Source: an uncultured delta proteobacterium (GTDB lineage Bacteria; Desulfobacterota; Binatia; DP-6). From it: 64,000 nucleotides of DNA. Below, piece after piece: positions 47,338-57,014 of this stretch. The notes under the pieces were generated by a model. That model made no database searches. It had not been told where the DNA came from and saw nothing but the letters and a program-made list of their open reading frames with translations. The DNA lies in contig CAWFFN010000007.1 in assembly GCA_963815115.1 (NCBI GenBank), positions 288,001 through 352,000 of the forward strand, read 5' to 3'. Numbering within the stretch: position 1 is the first letter of the stretch; each line of letters starts with the position of its first letter. The translations under genes were made by a program, and so were the position numbers.

Positions 47338-49227
47338 CTAGAAAGTGTCTCCCACCGCCAGGTATACCTGCCAGGTGGAATCGTCGCCCCGGCGGTTGAG
47401 CGGGAAGCCGAGGTCGACGCGGACCGGCCCGATGACGGAGCGGTAGCGGGCGCCGAGGCCGATGCCGTACTGCAGATCGTCGATCGGGAGGCGCCAGCTC
47501 TGCCTGTCCACCTGGCCGGCATCGAGGAACCCGGCGATGTCGATCGTCTTGGTGACCGGGTGCCGCAGCTCTGCGGAGAACTCGACCAGCGAGCGGCCGC
47601 CGACTGGCTCGTCGCAGTCGACGAAGTTCTTCCCCTTGGCGTTGCACTGCGCCGTGGTGAGGAGCGAGCTCGCCAGCGGCCCCACGCGGCGGCGCCCGTA
47701 GCCGCGGACCGAGCCGATGCCGCCGGCGTAGAAACGCTCGAAGAGCGGAATCTGCGTGCTCCCGTCCGTCGGCTGCTGGCTGCCGAGGCGGAGTCGCGTG
47801 GCGGCGCCGAAGCCCTCCACGAGCGGGACGTAGAGCCGTCCTTCGGCGATGAGGCGCAGGAGATGGACGTCGCCTCCGGCGCCGACGGGCTCGACGCTGA
47901 AGCGCCCGATCTCGCCCCGGCTGGGATTCACGAGATCGTCGGTGCCGTTCCAGTCGACTCCGAAGCCGAGGCCGGAGACCACCGATCGGGAAGGCCGGCT
48001 CTCGTCCTGGTGCGGGCCGCTGAGCGCCAGACGGACGGCGGGCTTCACGTTGCTGAGCAGGTCGAGCGAAGCGCGGTAGAAGGCGTAGGTGGCGAGGCGC
48101 GGCGTGACGTCCCATTCGAGCCGCGGCAGGAGCTTGGTCTCCAGGAGGTCATAGGTGGTCTCGACCTGCTGCTCCTGGAGGAAGATGGTCCGGAGGCGGC
48201 TGGTCTGGCTCGGGAAGTGGGGCTGGAGGAAATCCGCGGCGATCGTGCGATAGAGCTGCGAGACGCGCGCCGATACGCCCAGCTGCCGCCCGCCGCCGAG
48301 AAAGTCGTAGTCCCGCCAGCCCGCGATCCCGCGGATGCCCTCCTCGGTGTCGTAGCCGATGCCCAGCTTCACCTCGTGGCGCTCGGTCTCGGCGAGCTTG
48401 ACCTCGACGTCGACCGTCTCGTTGCGCGAGTCGTCCTCGACCAGGCGGACGCTGCGGAACAGGTGGAGCGCGTCGAGGTTCTTGCGCGTCTTGTCGAGCA
48501 GGCTTTGCTGGAATGGCTCGCCTTCCGTGAACGCGATCTCGCGCCGCACCACCTCTTCGTCGACCTCGTCGACGCCGGTGATGGTCACGCGGCCGAAGGT
48601 GGCGGCCGGCCCGGTATCGACGACGTAGCGCACGGTGGCGGTGTCATCGCGCACGTCCACGCGCGCCGACTTCTCGACGGTGACGCGCGCCCGGCCGCGC
48701 TGGCGGAAGTAGTCGCGCAGGGCCGAGCGCCCGCGCTCGTAGCGATCCTCCTCGAAGACGTCGCCCGGCTCGAGCGGCAGGTCCTTGCGGAGCCGCCGTT
48801 CCGCCTCGGCGGAGAGCGTCACGCCGTCGATGGCCAGGCCGACGTCGGTCACGTGGACCGCGGGGCCCTCGTGGATGTACACGGTGACCTCCACCACGTC
48901 GCCCTTGGCGGGCACCTCGACGTCGTCGCTGACGACGGCGTGGTAGTACCCCCGGCTGCGGTAGAGGGCCCGGATGCGCGCGAGATCCGTCCGGAAGGTA
49001 TACGGATCGAACGGGGGCCGCTCCTGCCAGAGCGCGAACCAGCGGCGCGGCCGCGTGAGCAGCGCGTCACGCAGCGCGCTGGCGCCGACCTCGCGATTGC
49101 CGTCGAAGCGCAGCACCCCGAGCCTCCAGGCGTGCTGGGTGTCGAGCGCGTCGCTCGAGACCCCACGGACGGGCTGCGGGGCGGTCAGGAGCGCCGCCAG
49201 CGCCAGGCCCATCACCCCGGAGCGCAC
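47338..49227 (-). CDS. tamA: TamA/BamA (Omp85) family outer membrane protein
   Basis: Signal peptide, POTRA-like repeats, ERFYAGG..SVRGY, GPVRVD, terminal Phe. Confidence 0.9.
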   Translation of the reverse strand: MRSGVMGLALAALLTAPQPVRGVSSDALDTQHAWRLGVLRFDGNREVGASALRDALLTRPRRWFALWQERPPFDPYTFRTDLARIRALYRSRGYYHAVVSDDVEVPAKGDVVEVTVYIHEGPAVHVTDVGLAIDGVTLSAEAERRLRKDLPLEPGDVFEEDRYERGRSALRDYFRQRGRARVTVEKSARVDVRDDTATVRYVVDTGPAATFGRVTITGVDEVDEEVVRREIAFTEGEPFQQSLLDKTRKNLDALHLFRSVRLVEDDSRNETVDVEVKLAETERHEVKLGIGYDTEEGIRGIAGWRDYDFLGGGRQLGVSARVSQLYRTIAADFLQPHFPSQTSRLRTIFLQEQQVETTYDLLETKLLPRLEWDVTPRLATYAFYRASLDLLSNVKPAVRLALSGPHQDESRPSRSVVSGLGFGVDWNGTDDLVNPSRGEIGRFSVEPVGAGGDVHLLRLIAEGRLYVPLVEGFGAATRLRLGSQQPTDGSTQIPLFERFYAGGIGSVRGYGRRRVGPLASSLLTTAQCNAKGKNFVDCDEPVGGRSLVEFSAELRHPVTKTIDIAGFLDAGQVDRQSWRLPIDDLQYGIGLGARYRSVIGPVRVDLGFPLNRRGDDSTWQVYLAVGDTF

Positions 49228-49299
49228 CGGGCCACTGGTAACAGCCCGGACGGGAGGCGCAAGGTTCGCCCCGCAAGCCGCCGAACGGAAGGAGGGACG

Positions 49300-49659
49300 C
49301 TACCTGCAGATGTATGTCCCGCGCTCCGGACCCGGGTCGCTCACCAGCTCGCAGGCGAGACGCTGCCCTTCGGACACGAGCGCGAGGGACACGCTGCCGT
49401 CGGCGCCGAACACGAGATCGGTCTGGCCCCTGGTTGCCGGGCAGGGGTCGGTGCGGCAGCGCGAGAAGCGTCCCTGGCACTGGCTGGTGCCCTCCGAATC
49501 CGTGCTGCAGCTCCTGACCGTGAAGCGGAATCGGCTCTGAGCGCCGGAGTGGTCGACGAGGAGGCCGCGATAGGTCTGGTCCCGCGCCTGGGCGACTCCG
49601 GCGAGGAGCCCGAGACAATATGCGGCTGCGACTAGAGTCGTACGTGCGCTTGCAGTCAT
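49300..49659 (-). CDS. Small secreted Cys-containing hypothetical protein
   Basis: Signal peptide ending AQA; six Cys in the mature part. Confidence 0.6.
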   Translation of the reverse strand: MTASARTTLVAAAYCLGLLAGVAQARDQTYRGLLVDHSGAQSRFRFTVRSCSTDSEGTSQCQGRFSRCRTDPCPATRGQTDLVFGADGSVSLALVSEGQRLACELVSDPGPERGTYICR

Positions 49660-49754
49660 GCGGCGCGCATACCGCACAGGAGGCAGGAAGTCTAGCCAAA
49701 GCGCGATGATTCTTGCGACCAAAGGAGCGCATTCGCGCATGCATGCGCGACCTC

Positions 49755-50375
49755 CTAGGCAAATCCGGCGCCGTAGTCCTCCATCGCGAAGCGGATCACG
49801 TCGCGAGCCGTGGTCGCGTCGTACTCGTGGGTGATCTCGCACACCGGAGCACCGCCCCGGCCATCGGGGAGCTGCTTGTAGGTCAGGAAGTAATGACGCA
49901 GGCGGTCGACGATCGGCCGGGGCACCTGGGCCAGATCGGTGTAGGCGCCGTACGCCGGATCGTCGATCAGCACGCCGATCAGCTTGTCGTCCGCCTCGTG
50001 GCGATCGAAGAGCCGCAGGCCGCCGATCGGCCGCGCGCGCAGGATGATGCTGCCGTGGTTGATCGGCCGCTCGGTGAGGACGCAGATGTCGATCGGGTCG
50101 CCGTCGCCGACCACGCCCTGGCGTCCGGTCGCCGCGGCCGACACGGCCGCGACGCGGTCCTTGCACCAGGTGCGCGGGATGAAGCCGTAGGGCGCGGGAC
50201 AGAGGCTCGAGAACTGCTGCGGGCGGTCGAGCTTCAGATGGCCCGACTCCTTGTCGACCTCGTACTTGACGGTGTCGGTGGGGACGAGCTCGACGAAGAC
50301 GTTCACCACGTCGGGAGCGCGGTCTCCGACCGGAATGCCGTGCCAGGGATGCGACTGCAGGCGATGGAGCGTCAT
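49755..50375 (-). CDS. ppa: Soluble inorganic pyrophosphatase (family I)
   Basis: HPWHG, KYEVDK, YGFIPRT, DGDPID, DDK. Confidence 0.95.
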   Translation of the reverse strand: MTLHRLQSHPWHGIPVGDRAPDVVNVFVELVPTDTVKYEVDKESGHLKLDRPQQFSSLCPAPYGFIPRTWCKDRVAAVSAAATGRQGVVGDGDPIDICVLTERPINHGSIILRARPIGGLRLFDRHEADDKLIGVLIDDPAYGAYTDLAQVPRPIVDRLRHYFLTYKQLPDGRGGAPVCEITHEYDATTARDVIRFAMEDYGAGFA

Positions 50376-50379
50376 GCCG

Positions 50380-51585
50380 TCAGGAGATCACGCTCGTGTC
50401 CTTCCAGCGAGCGATCTCGTCCCAGGTGCAGCCCAGGTCGAGCAGGATCTCCTCCGTCTGCGCGCCGGTGTCCTGGGCAGGGCTGCGGACCGTCGGCGGC
50501 TCGCCCGCGAACTGGACGGGATTGGCGCATACTCGCACCGGGCCCTCGGGCGTCGGCGAGTTCAGCAGGTAGCCGTTGGCCTGCACCTGCGGATCGTCCG
50601 GCAGCTCGAGCGGCGTCTGGAACGGGCCCCAGATGCACTCCGAGGCGCGGAGCTGCTCCTCCCACTGGTCGCGCGGTCGGGTAGCGAAGAACTCCGCCAG
50701 CTCGGCACGGATGGCGCCGGCCTGCCGGGAGCGCGCCTCCGCCGTCGGATAGCGCTCGAGCAGGTCGCGGCGATCGACGGCGGCGGCGAAGATGGGCCAG
50801 AAGCGCTCCGCCTGGAGCATCATCAGCACCAGCCCCTTGCCGTCGGCACAGAAGTAGGTCCCGACGAGCGGATTGGGCGCGCTCGGCATGGCGCCGGCCG
50901 AGGGCAGCATGAAGCCGTAGAGCAGGGCCGCGGTGATGTCGGGCGCGAGCACCCAGAGCGCGGTGCCGAGGAGGGAGACGTCGACCTCGACGCCCATCCC
51001 GGTGCGCTCGCGCTGGAAGAGAGCAGCCGCGATGCCGCCGGCGATCGCCATGCCGCCGATGAAGTCGCCGAACGCAGGCCGTTGCTGGAGCGGCGGCTGG
51101 CCGGGGGTCGAGAGCCGATCCGCCACCCCGCCTCGCGCCCAGAACGACACGCCGTCGTAACCGCCGCGTCGCGCGTCGGGCCCACGCCGGCCCTGGCCGG
51201 AGCCGCGGGCGTAGATCAGGCGAGGGTTGACGGCGCGCAGGTCGTCCCAGGTGATCCGGAGTCGCTCGCGGGCGTCGTCGAGGAAGCTGGTGAGGAAGAC
51301 GTCGGCGCCGGCGACCAGCCGGTCGAGCAGGGTGCGGCCCTCCGCGTGCCCGAGATCGATGCCGATGGTGCGCTTGTTGCGGCCGAGATGCTCGACGAAG
51401 AAGTTTCGTCCGGACGCGCCCGGGATCAGTCCCGAGGTGACGAGTCCGCGGATGGGATCGCCGAAGCGGGGATGCTCGACCTTGACGACCTCCGCGCCCC
51501 AGTCGCCGAGGACGGTGCCCGCGGAGGGGACGAAGCCCCAGTCGGCAACCTCGATCACCCGCACGCCGGCGAGCACGTCGGCCAT
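50380..51585 (-). CDS. CaiB/BaiF family III CoA transferase
   Basis: DWGAEVVKVEHP, RNKR, NPRLIYARGSGQG, GYD. Confidence 0.92.
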   Translation of the reverse strand: MADVLAGVRVIEVADWGFVPSAGTVLGDWGAEVVKVEHPRFGDPIRGLVTSGLIPGASGRNFFVEHLGRNKRTIGIDLGHAEGRTLLDRLVAGADVFLTSFLDDARERLRITWDDLRAVNPRLIYARGSGQGRRGPDARRGGYDGVSFWARGGVADRLSTPGQPPLQQRPAFGDFIGGMAIAGGIAAALFQRERTGMGVEVDVSLLGTALWVLAPDITAALLYGFMLPSAGAMPSAPNPLVGTYFCADGKGLVLMMLQAERFWPIFAAAVDRRDLLERYPTAEARSRQAGAIRAELAEFFATRPRDQWEEQLRASECIWGPFQTPLELPDDPQVQANGYLLNSPTPEGPVRVCANPVQFAGEPPTVRSPAQDTGAQTEEILLDLGCTWDEIARWKDTSVIS

Positions 51586-51598
51586 TGCCAGCCCCCGC

Positions 51599-52711
51599 TC
51601 AGTTGAGGTGGTAGAGCTCGGCCGCGTTCGCGCCGGCGATGAGCCGGCGCTCCTCCTCGGGCACGTCCTTGAAGTGCTCGACGAGCACCTCGCGCGACTT
51701 CGGCCAGGTGCTGTCGGAATGCGGGTAGTCGGTCGACCACATGATGTTGCGGAGTCCGGCGCGGTGGCGCTCGGCGACCCCCGCCAGGTCCTGGATGAAG
51801 GTCGCATGCCCCTGGCGGTACCAGTACGTGCTCGGCTTTTCCGTGAGGATCGATTTGGTCCAGAAGCGGTGCTTGTTGAACGTCTGGTCCATGCGCTCGA
51901 CGAAGTAGGGGATCCAGCCGATGCCGCACTCGACCAGCACGAAGTTGAGCTTGGGGTGGCGGGCCAGGATGCCGGTGAAGACGAGCGTGGAGACGGTCTC
52001 GCAGATCGAGATCGGCGCGATGGCGATGAACGTCTCCTTGACGCCCGGCGTGGGATTCTGGAAGGTCGCCTGGACGTTCGCGTTGCGCGGGCCGACGATG
52101 TGGAAGCTGATCGGCAGACCGGTCTCCTCGATCAGTGACCAGAACGGCTCGTAGGCCTCGTCCCACAGCGGCTTGGCGCCGCGTTCGTCGGGGAAGGGGT
52201 CGCAGTGGAAGCCCTTCAAGCCCATCCTCGCGATGCGGCCGAGCTCCTGCATCGCCTCGTCGAGATCGATCAGCGGCACGTGGGCGAGCCCGACCAGCCG
52301 GCCCGGCGCCGCCCGCGAGAGCTCGAGCATCCAGTCGTTGTAGCGCTGGACGACGTAGCGCCGCAGCGCGGGGTCCTTGGGGTAGCTCGTGACCGGGCCG
52401 CCGAAGTAGAGGACCTCGGCGTCGACCCCGTCGAGATCCATGTCCTCGAGCCGCGCCTTGGGATCGTAGGAGCCGGGGCGCATGTCCTTGTACCCGAGTC
52501 CGAAGGCCTTGAAGTCCTCGGGCTTGCGGCCGGCAGAGGAGTCGAGCCCGATCGCCCCGCTGATCTGCGAGTCGACGATCCAGAAGTCACCCTGCTCCGT
52601 CGACTCGACGCGCGGCACCCTGTCCTTCAGCCCGTCCGGCGCCCCTCGCGTCCAGAGATCCTTCGGCGGGTTGACGTGCGAATCCGCCGAGATGATGCGC
52701 TCGCTGCTCAT
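51599..52711 (-). CDS. Amidohydrolase_2 family protein
   Basis: ISADSH, DMDLDGV, VECGIGW, MWSTDYPH; AGGAGG SD. Confidence 0.92.
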   Translation of the reverse strand: MSSERIISADSHVNPPKDLWTRGAPDGLKDRVPRVESTEQGDFWIVDSQISGAIGLDSSAGRKPEDFKAFGLGYKDMRPGSYDPKARLEDMDLDGVDAEVLYFGGPVTSYPKDPALRRYVVQRYNDWMLELSRAAPGRLVGLAHVPLIDLDEAMQELGRIARMGLKGFHCDPFPDERGAKPLWDEAYEPFWSLIEETGLPISFHIVGPRNANVQATFQNPTPGVKETFIAIAPISICETVSTLVFTGILARHPKLNFVLVECGIGWIPYFVERMDQTFNKHRFWTKSILTEKPSTYWYRQGHATFIQDLAGVAERHRAGLRNIMWSTDYPHSDSTWPKSREVLVEHFKDVPEEERRLIAGANAAELYHLN

Positions 52712-52811
52712 CGTTCGATCCTCCTGCTCGTCGCGGACGACGAGGAAGGTTTAACGTGGCCTGCTCGCCTCGATCAAGCGATCGCTCGATTGTGCGCCGC
52801 GTCGGATACGA

Positions 52812-55480
52812 TCAGAGTCCTGCAACGGCCGTCATCGTCTTCGCGATCGCGTTGCGCAGGTCGCTGGCGGTGCTCGCGCCCGGCCTGGCCTTCGCGAGCA
52901 GCTTCATCAGGCTCTGGAGGTGGGCGTTCACGAACTTGCGCGCCTTCAACGCCTTCTTGCCGGTCCCGGAGACCGCGGCAAGCTTCCCCCTGACCTGCTT
53001 CACGACCTTGCCCATCTTCTTCTTGGAGCCCTTTTTCAGATCCGCGGCCCCGCTCAGCAGCTGCTCGATCGTCGCGAGGCGGCACTCGACGCCAGGCTCG
53101 CCGACGCGTGTGCTGGTCGCGCAGTGGAAGCCGGTGCCGTCGGGTTCGCAGTGGTCGCCGTCCGTGCAGGCGTCGCCGTCGTCGCAGGCGGGTGCGGCGC
53201 CCGTGACGGGTTCGCCGGTCGCTGGATCGCAGGTTTCGGTACCGTTGCAGGCATTGCCGTCGTCGAACACCTTCGGTGCGTGGGTGCAGCCGCTGGCGGG
53301 GTTGCAGCCGTCGGTCGTGCACGGGCTGCCGTCGTCGCAGCTCGGCGGATTGCTGGGCGTGCAGACGCCGGCGACACACGCGGTCGAGCCGCACAGGCTC
53401 GGGTCGCAGTCGGTGGCTTTGGTGCACGGGATGCAGTGGTCGGGGTCGGTCTCGCCTCCCGCGGCGCAGACCTCGCAGTGGCCGGCGACGGGCGTGCAAT
53501 CGCTCTTGCAGGTGTCGCACTCGTTGGTGTTGGCGTCGTCGCACAGCTCCCCGGCGTCGCCGTCGGCGTGGCCGTCACCGCACCAGTGAAGCGTGCAGGT
53601 CGCCGAGCACGGGTTCCCGAGCACGCCGTTCTGCGCGCCGTTGTCGCACTCGTCCTCCGGATCGACGACGCCGTTGCCACACACCTCCACCTGGCAGGTG
53701 GACGAGCAGCCGTCGCCGTCCGTCTGGTTCAGGTCGTCGCACTGCTCGCCGCAGTCCGGCTGGGTGGTGCCGTTCCCGCACACGCAGGGCCGCGGAGCCA
53801 CGAGGGAGCACTGGGCGGTGCAGGGATCCCCCTGCATTCCGTTTTTGTTGCCGTCGTCGCAGTCCTCGTTGCAGTCCTGGACGCCGTTGCCGCACTGCTC
53901 GATCTGACAGGTCGAGGAGATGCCGTCGCACGAGTTGGCGTCGCCCTTGTCGTCCTGCTCGCCGCACTCGACCATGCCGTCGCCGCACACGTTGTCGAAC
54001 CGCGAGCAATCAGCCTTGCAGCCGTCGCAGCTGACGGTGTTGCCGTCGTCGCAGGCTTCGCCGGGGTCGACGTTCCCGTCGCCGCACCGATGGCACGACT
54101 GACAGTCCGGGGAGCAGGTACCGCCCTGAGGACAGGTGCGCCGTCGCACAGCTCGCCCTGATCGACCTTGCCGTCGCCGCAATCGGCCGGAGGAGGCGGT
54201 GGCGGGAAGCCGCCGCAGGGAGTGAGGTTGGGGTTGATCTGCGCGCCCGAGTTGGGGTTGATCACGCCCGTGATGCTGATCGGATCGCTCGCGCTCCGGT
54301 ACTCGATGAAGTTGGCGGTGTCCGCGAGCATCGTGCCGGCCACCGTCAAGGCGCCGCCGCTCTCCAGCGAATTGGTCCCGCCGAGCCCGCGGGCGTCGAG
54401 CGTGATGCCGGCAGGGAGGGTGAGCGCGCACCAGGCGGTCGCATCGACCGAGCCGCCGAAGCCGTCGGAGCCGCCGTGCACGTCGATCGAGCCGAGGGTG
54501 AGGTTGCGATGCGCCTCGAACTCGAGGCTGCCGCCCTGGCTCTGCAGGCCGTTCCCCGAGGCATCGATCGCCACGCTCTGCGTGATGTCGTGCTCGGCGG
54601 TGAACGTCGCGCTGCCGCCGGCACCGTCCGACGGGACGCCGGTCATCTGGAGAAACGCGCCGATCTGGATCGAGTCGCCGGAGTTGACCGTGATGTCGCC
54701 CGCGTCGCCGACGTCCTCGCCGCTCGAATCGCCGCGCACGTTGATGTTGCCGCCGAGAATCACCGAGCCGTCGGCATCGATCTCGAGCGCGCCCCCGAAG
54801 CCGCCCCCGGTGATCGCGCTGAGGTCGATCTTGCCGGTCGTGGTGACGGCGCCGCCCGCCGTGAGGAGGATGCCCTCGACGTCGGAATCGCCGCCGCTGC
54901 TGTCGATGGTGCCGGAGAGGCCGAGGTTGGCCGCCGCGTCGATCTCGAGCGTCCCGGGGCTGCCGTCCCGCCCGCCGTGGATGTCGATCTCCCCCGGGAT
55001 GACGATGCTCGCGCCGGTCACCGTGATGTCGCCCGCGAACTGATCCACCGCGGTCGAGGACGCGTCGAGGATGCCCTCGACGACCACGTTCCCCATGGCG
55101 TTGAGGGTGATGCTGCCGGCGGCATCACCCGCGGTATCGATGCGCGAGATCGAGTTGCCGTCGCGGCGCACGGTGATGGTTCCCGTGGCGTCCACCTCGA
55201 TCATGCCGCCGGCGCCGAGGAGGCCGCTGGCGGGCTCCAGGGTGAGGTTGCGGACCTTGATGACCATGCTGCCTGCGCCGACGACGAGCTTGGCGCCGCC
55301 CATCAGCTGGAGATCGCGGGCACCGAAGTCCAGGATCGAGCCGGGGGTGACGATTCGCGTCGTGTTCTTCTGGACCACGCACGGGTTGCCGGAACAGATC
55401 TCATCGGCGGTGGTCGCCTCGGCCGCAGGGACGAGGCCGAGGCATAGCAGGAGGACTGTGGCGACGAGGGCGGTCCGCAT
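52812..55480 (-). CDS. Large secreted protein: Gly-rich beta-solenoid, Myxococcus-type Cys-rich repeats (DUF4215-like), basic helical C-terminus; one frameshift at about 54138
   Basis: Signal peptide MRTALVATVLLLCLGLVPAAEA; ORF 53729-55681 joins ORF 52812-54431; CGNG..D.GE.CDDGN repeats. Confidence 0.82.
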
Positions 55481-55704
55481 GATCTGTTGTCTCAGCAACG
55501 GGTGTGCCCGCGTCGGGGGTGGCGGCACGCATCCGCTCCGCGTCCGGTGGGCTTCCCGGCGCATCATGGATGCACGCCGCGTGGCAGGTGTGCAAGCGTC
55601 AGGCGCGGGTGCGCGAGGGCGCCAGCGCGAGGCGGAGCGCACACGCCAAGGCACCGGAACGGCGAGCCTTGCTCCACCCACCCGAGGCGTGTAGCGAGGA
55701 ACGG

Positions 55705-55944
55705 ATGGTGGATACCGAGGACATCAGGCGCCGCATCGAGGCGGCGCTTCCCGACGCGCGGGTCGAGGTGGCCGACACGACCGGCGCCGGAGATCACTTC
55801 GAGGTCCACGTGGCCGCCGCGGCGTTCACGGGACTGGGCCTCGTCGAGCAGCATCGACTGGTCTATGGCGCGCTGGGTGATCTGATGCCGCGGATCCATG
55901 CGCTGGCATTGCGAACCGAAACACGAGGGGAGGGAGCGCGATGA
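55705..55944 (+). CDS. bolA: BolA family protein
   Basis: GDHF, F.GL..VEQHRLVY.AL, IHALAL. Confidence 0.92.
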   Translation: MVDTEDIRRRIEAALPDARVEVADTTGAGDHFEVHVAAAAFTGLGLVEQHRLVYGALGDLMPRIHALALRTETRGEGAR

Positions 55945-56930
55945 GCGAGGTACTCGAGGACATCGATCGAGAGGTGAAGGCGAACCCCGTCGTCGTCTAC
56001 ATGAAGGGCACGCCGAGGTTCCCGATGTGCGGCTTCTCTGCCGCGACCGTCGAGGTGCTGCACGAGATCGGCGTCCCGTTCAAGGCCGTCGACGTCCTGG
56101 CCGAGGTGGACAAGCGAGACGCCGTGAAGGCCTACACGAGCTGGCCGACCATTCCGCAGCTCTTCGTCGGCGGCAAGTTCGTGGGTGGCTGCGACATCGT
56201 GCGCGAGATGCACGCCCGCGGCGAGCTGGCTCCGCTGATCCGGGAAGCCGCCGAGCCGCACTGAGCGCGCCGCCCTCCGCCGCTCGAGTCCCCCGCACGG
56301 CTCGATCCGCCAGCGCTGGACGAGCCAGTAGACCACCAGCTTCTCGTACTCCGTCAGCACGTCCTTGGCCGCCCGGCGGTTCGTCCACCACCGCTCCGCC
56401 GGAAAATCGGCGGCGAGTGCGGGCCGCATCGCGAGCCGGACGCCGGGGCCGAGCGCCTGCGCCAGGATCAAGCGCGCGCGCCGCGTGTGCCACGGCGACG
56501 TCACGACGACCACGTCCCGCAGGTGGCGCTTGCAGACGTAGCGGGCGATGGTTCTGGCCTCGCTCACGGTGCTGAAGGCGCGCCGCGCGAGCGTGTGGAT
56601 GGCGGACGACGGGACGCCGAGCGCGATCAGCGCCTGTCGCGCCAGGTCGTAGTCCTCCGGCAGCCGGACGCCGCGGGCGCGTAGGGCCGGGGCGCCGCGC
56701 GCGAGCCGCTCGCGCGTGAGCACGATGAGCGGCGCGCGCCCCTGGTGGTAGAGGCGCGCCGTCTCCAGCACGCGGTCGGCGACCGAGCCGGCCAGCATCA
56801 CGATGGCGTCCGCGTGCACCGGCTCGGGGTCGGCGACGACCAGGTAACGACCCGCTCCCCGGAAGGCGAGCACGGCCGCGGCGGTGGCGACGGCGGCGGC
56901 GACCAGGAGCGGCAGGAGCCGCGGACGCAT
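55863..56930 (-). CDS. YdcF/DUF218 family protein; 3' end runs antisense through grxD
   Basis: ADAIVMLAG, ST..EA, VVTSPWHTRRA, WW..R....V..EYEK; the recognisable domain ends at about 56310. Confidence 0.8.
   Translation of the reverse strand: MRPRLLPLLVAAAVATAAAVLAFRGAGRYLVVADPEPVHADAIVMLAGSVADRVLETARLYHQGRAPLIVLTRERLARGAPALRARGVRLPEDYDLARQALIALGVPSSAIHTLARRAFSTVSEARTIARYVCKRHLRDVVVVTSPWHTRRARLILAQALGPGVRLAMRPALAADFPAERWWTNRRAAKDVLTEYEKLVVYWLVQRWRIEPCGGLERRRAARSVRLGGFPDQRSQLAAGVHLAHDVAATHELAADEELRNGRPARVGLHGVSLVHLGQDVDGLERDADLVQHLDGRGREAAHREPRRALHVDDDGVRLHLSIDVLEYLAHRAPSPRVSVRNASAWIRGIRSPSAP
55941..56264 (+). CDS. grxD: Monothiol glutaredoxin Grx4
   Basis: MKGTP..PMCGFS, WPTIPQL, GGCD. Confidence 0.96.
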   Translation: MSEVLEDIDREVKANPVVVYMKGTPRFPMCGFSAATVEVLHEIGVPFKAVDVLAEVDKRDAVKAYTSWPTIPQLFVGGKFVGGCDIVREMHARGELAPLIREAAEPH

Positions 56931-57014
56931 GCGAGCGGGACGCTACGGGACACGGCTGCCGGGACGCAACCCGGTGCTTGACGGAGGTAACGCGACGGCG
57001 CTCTCCTCCCCGCC

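Noticed and set aside
49227-49302. In-frame TAG between the small secreted protein and tamA (possible readthrough fusion)
   Set aside because: tamA has its own signal peptide, and a 72-nt open in-frame gap is expected by chance at this GC content.
55560-55680. Possible sigma54 promoters upstream of bolA
   Set aside because: GG-N10-GC spacing is not satisfied in the candidates examined.
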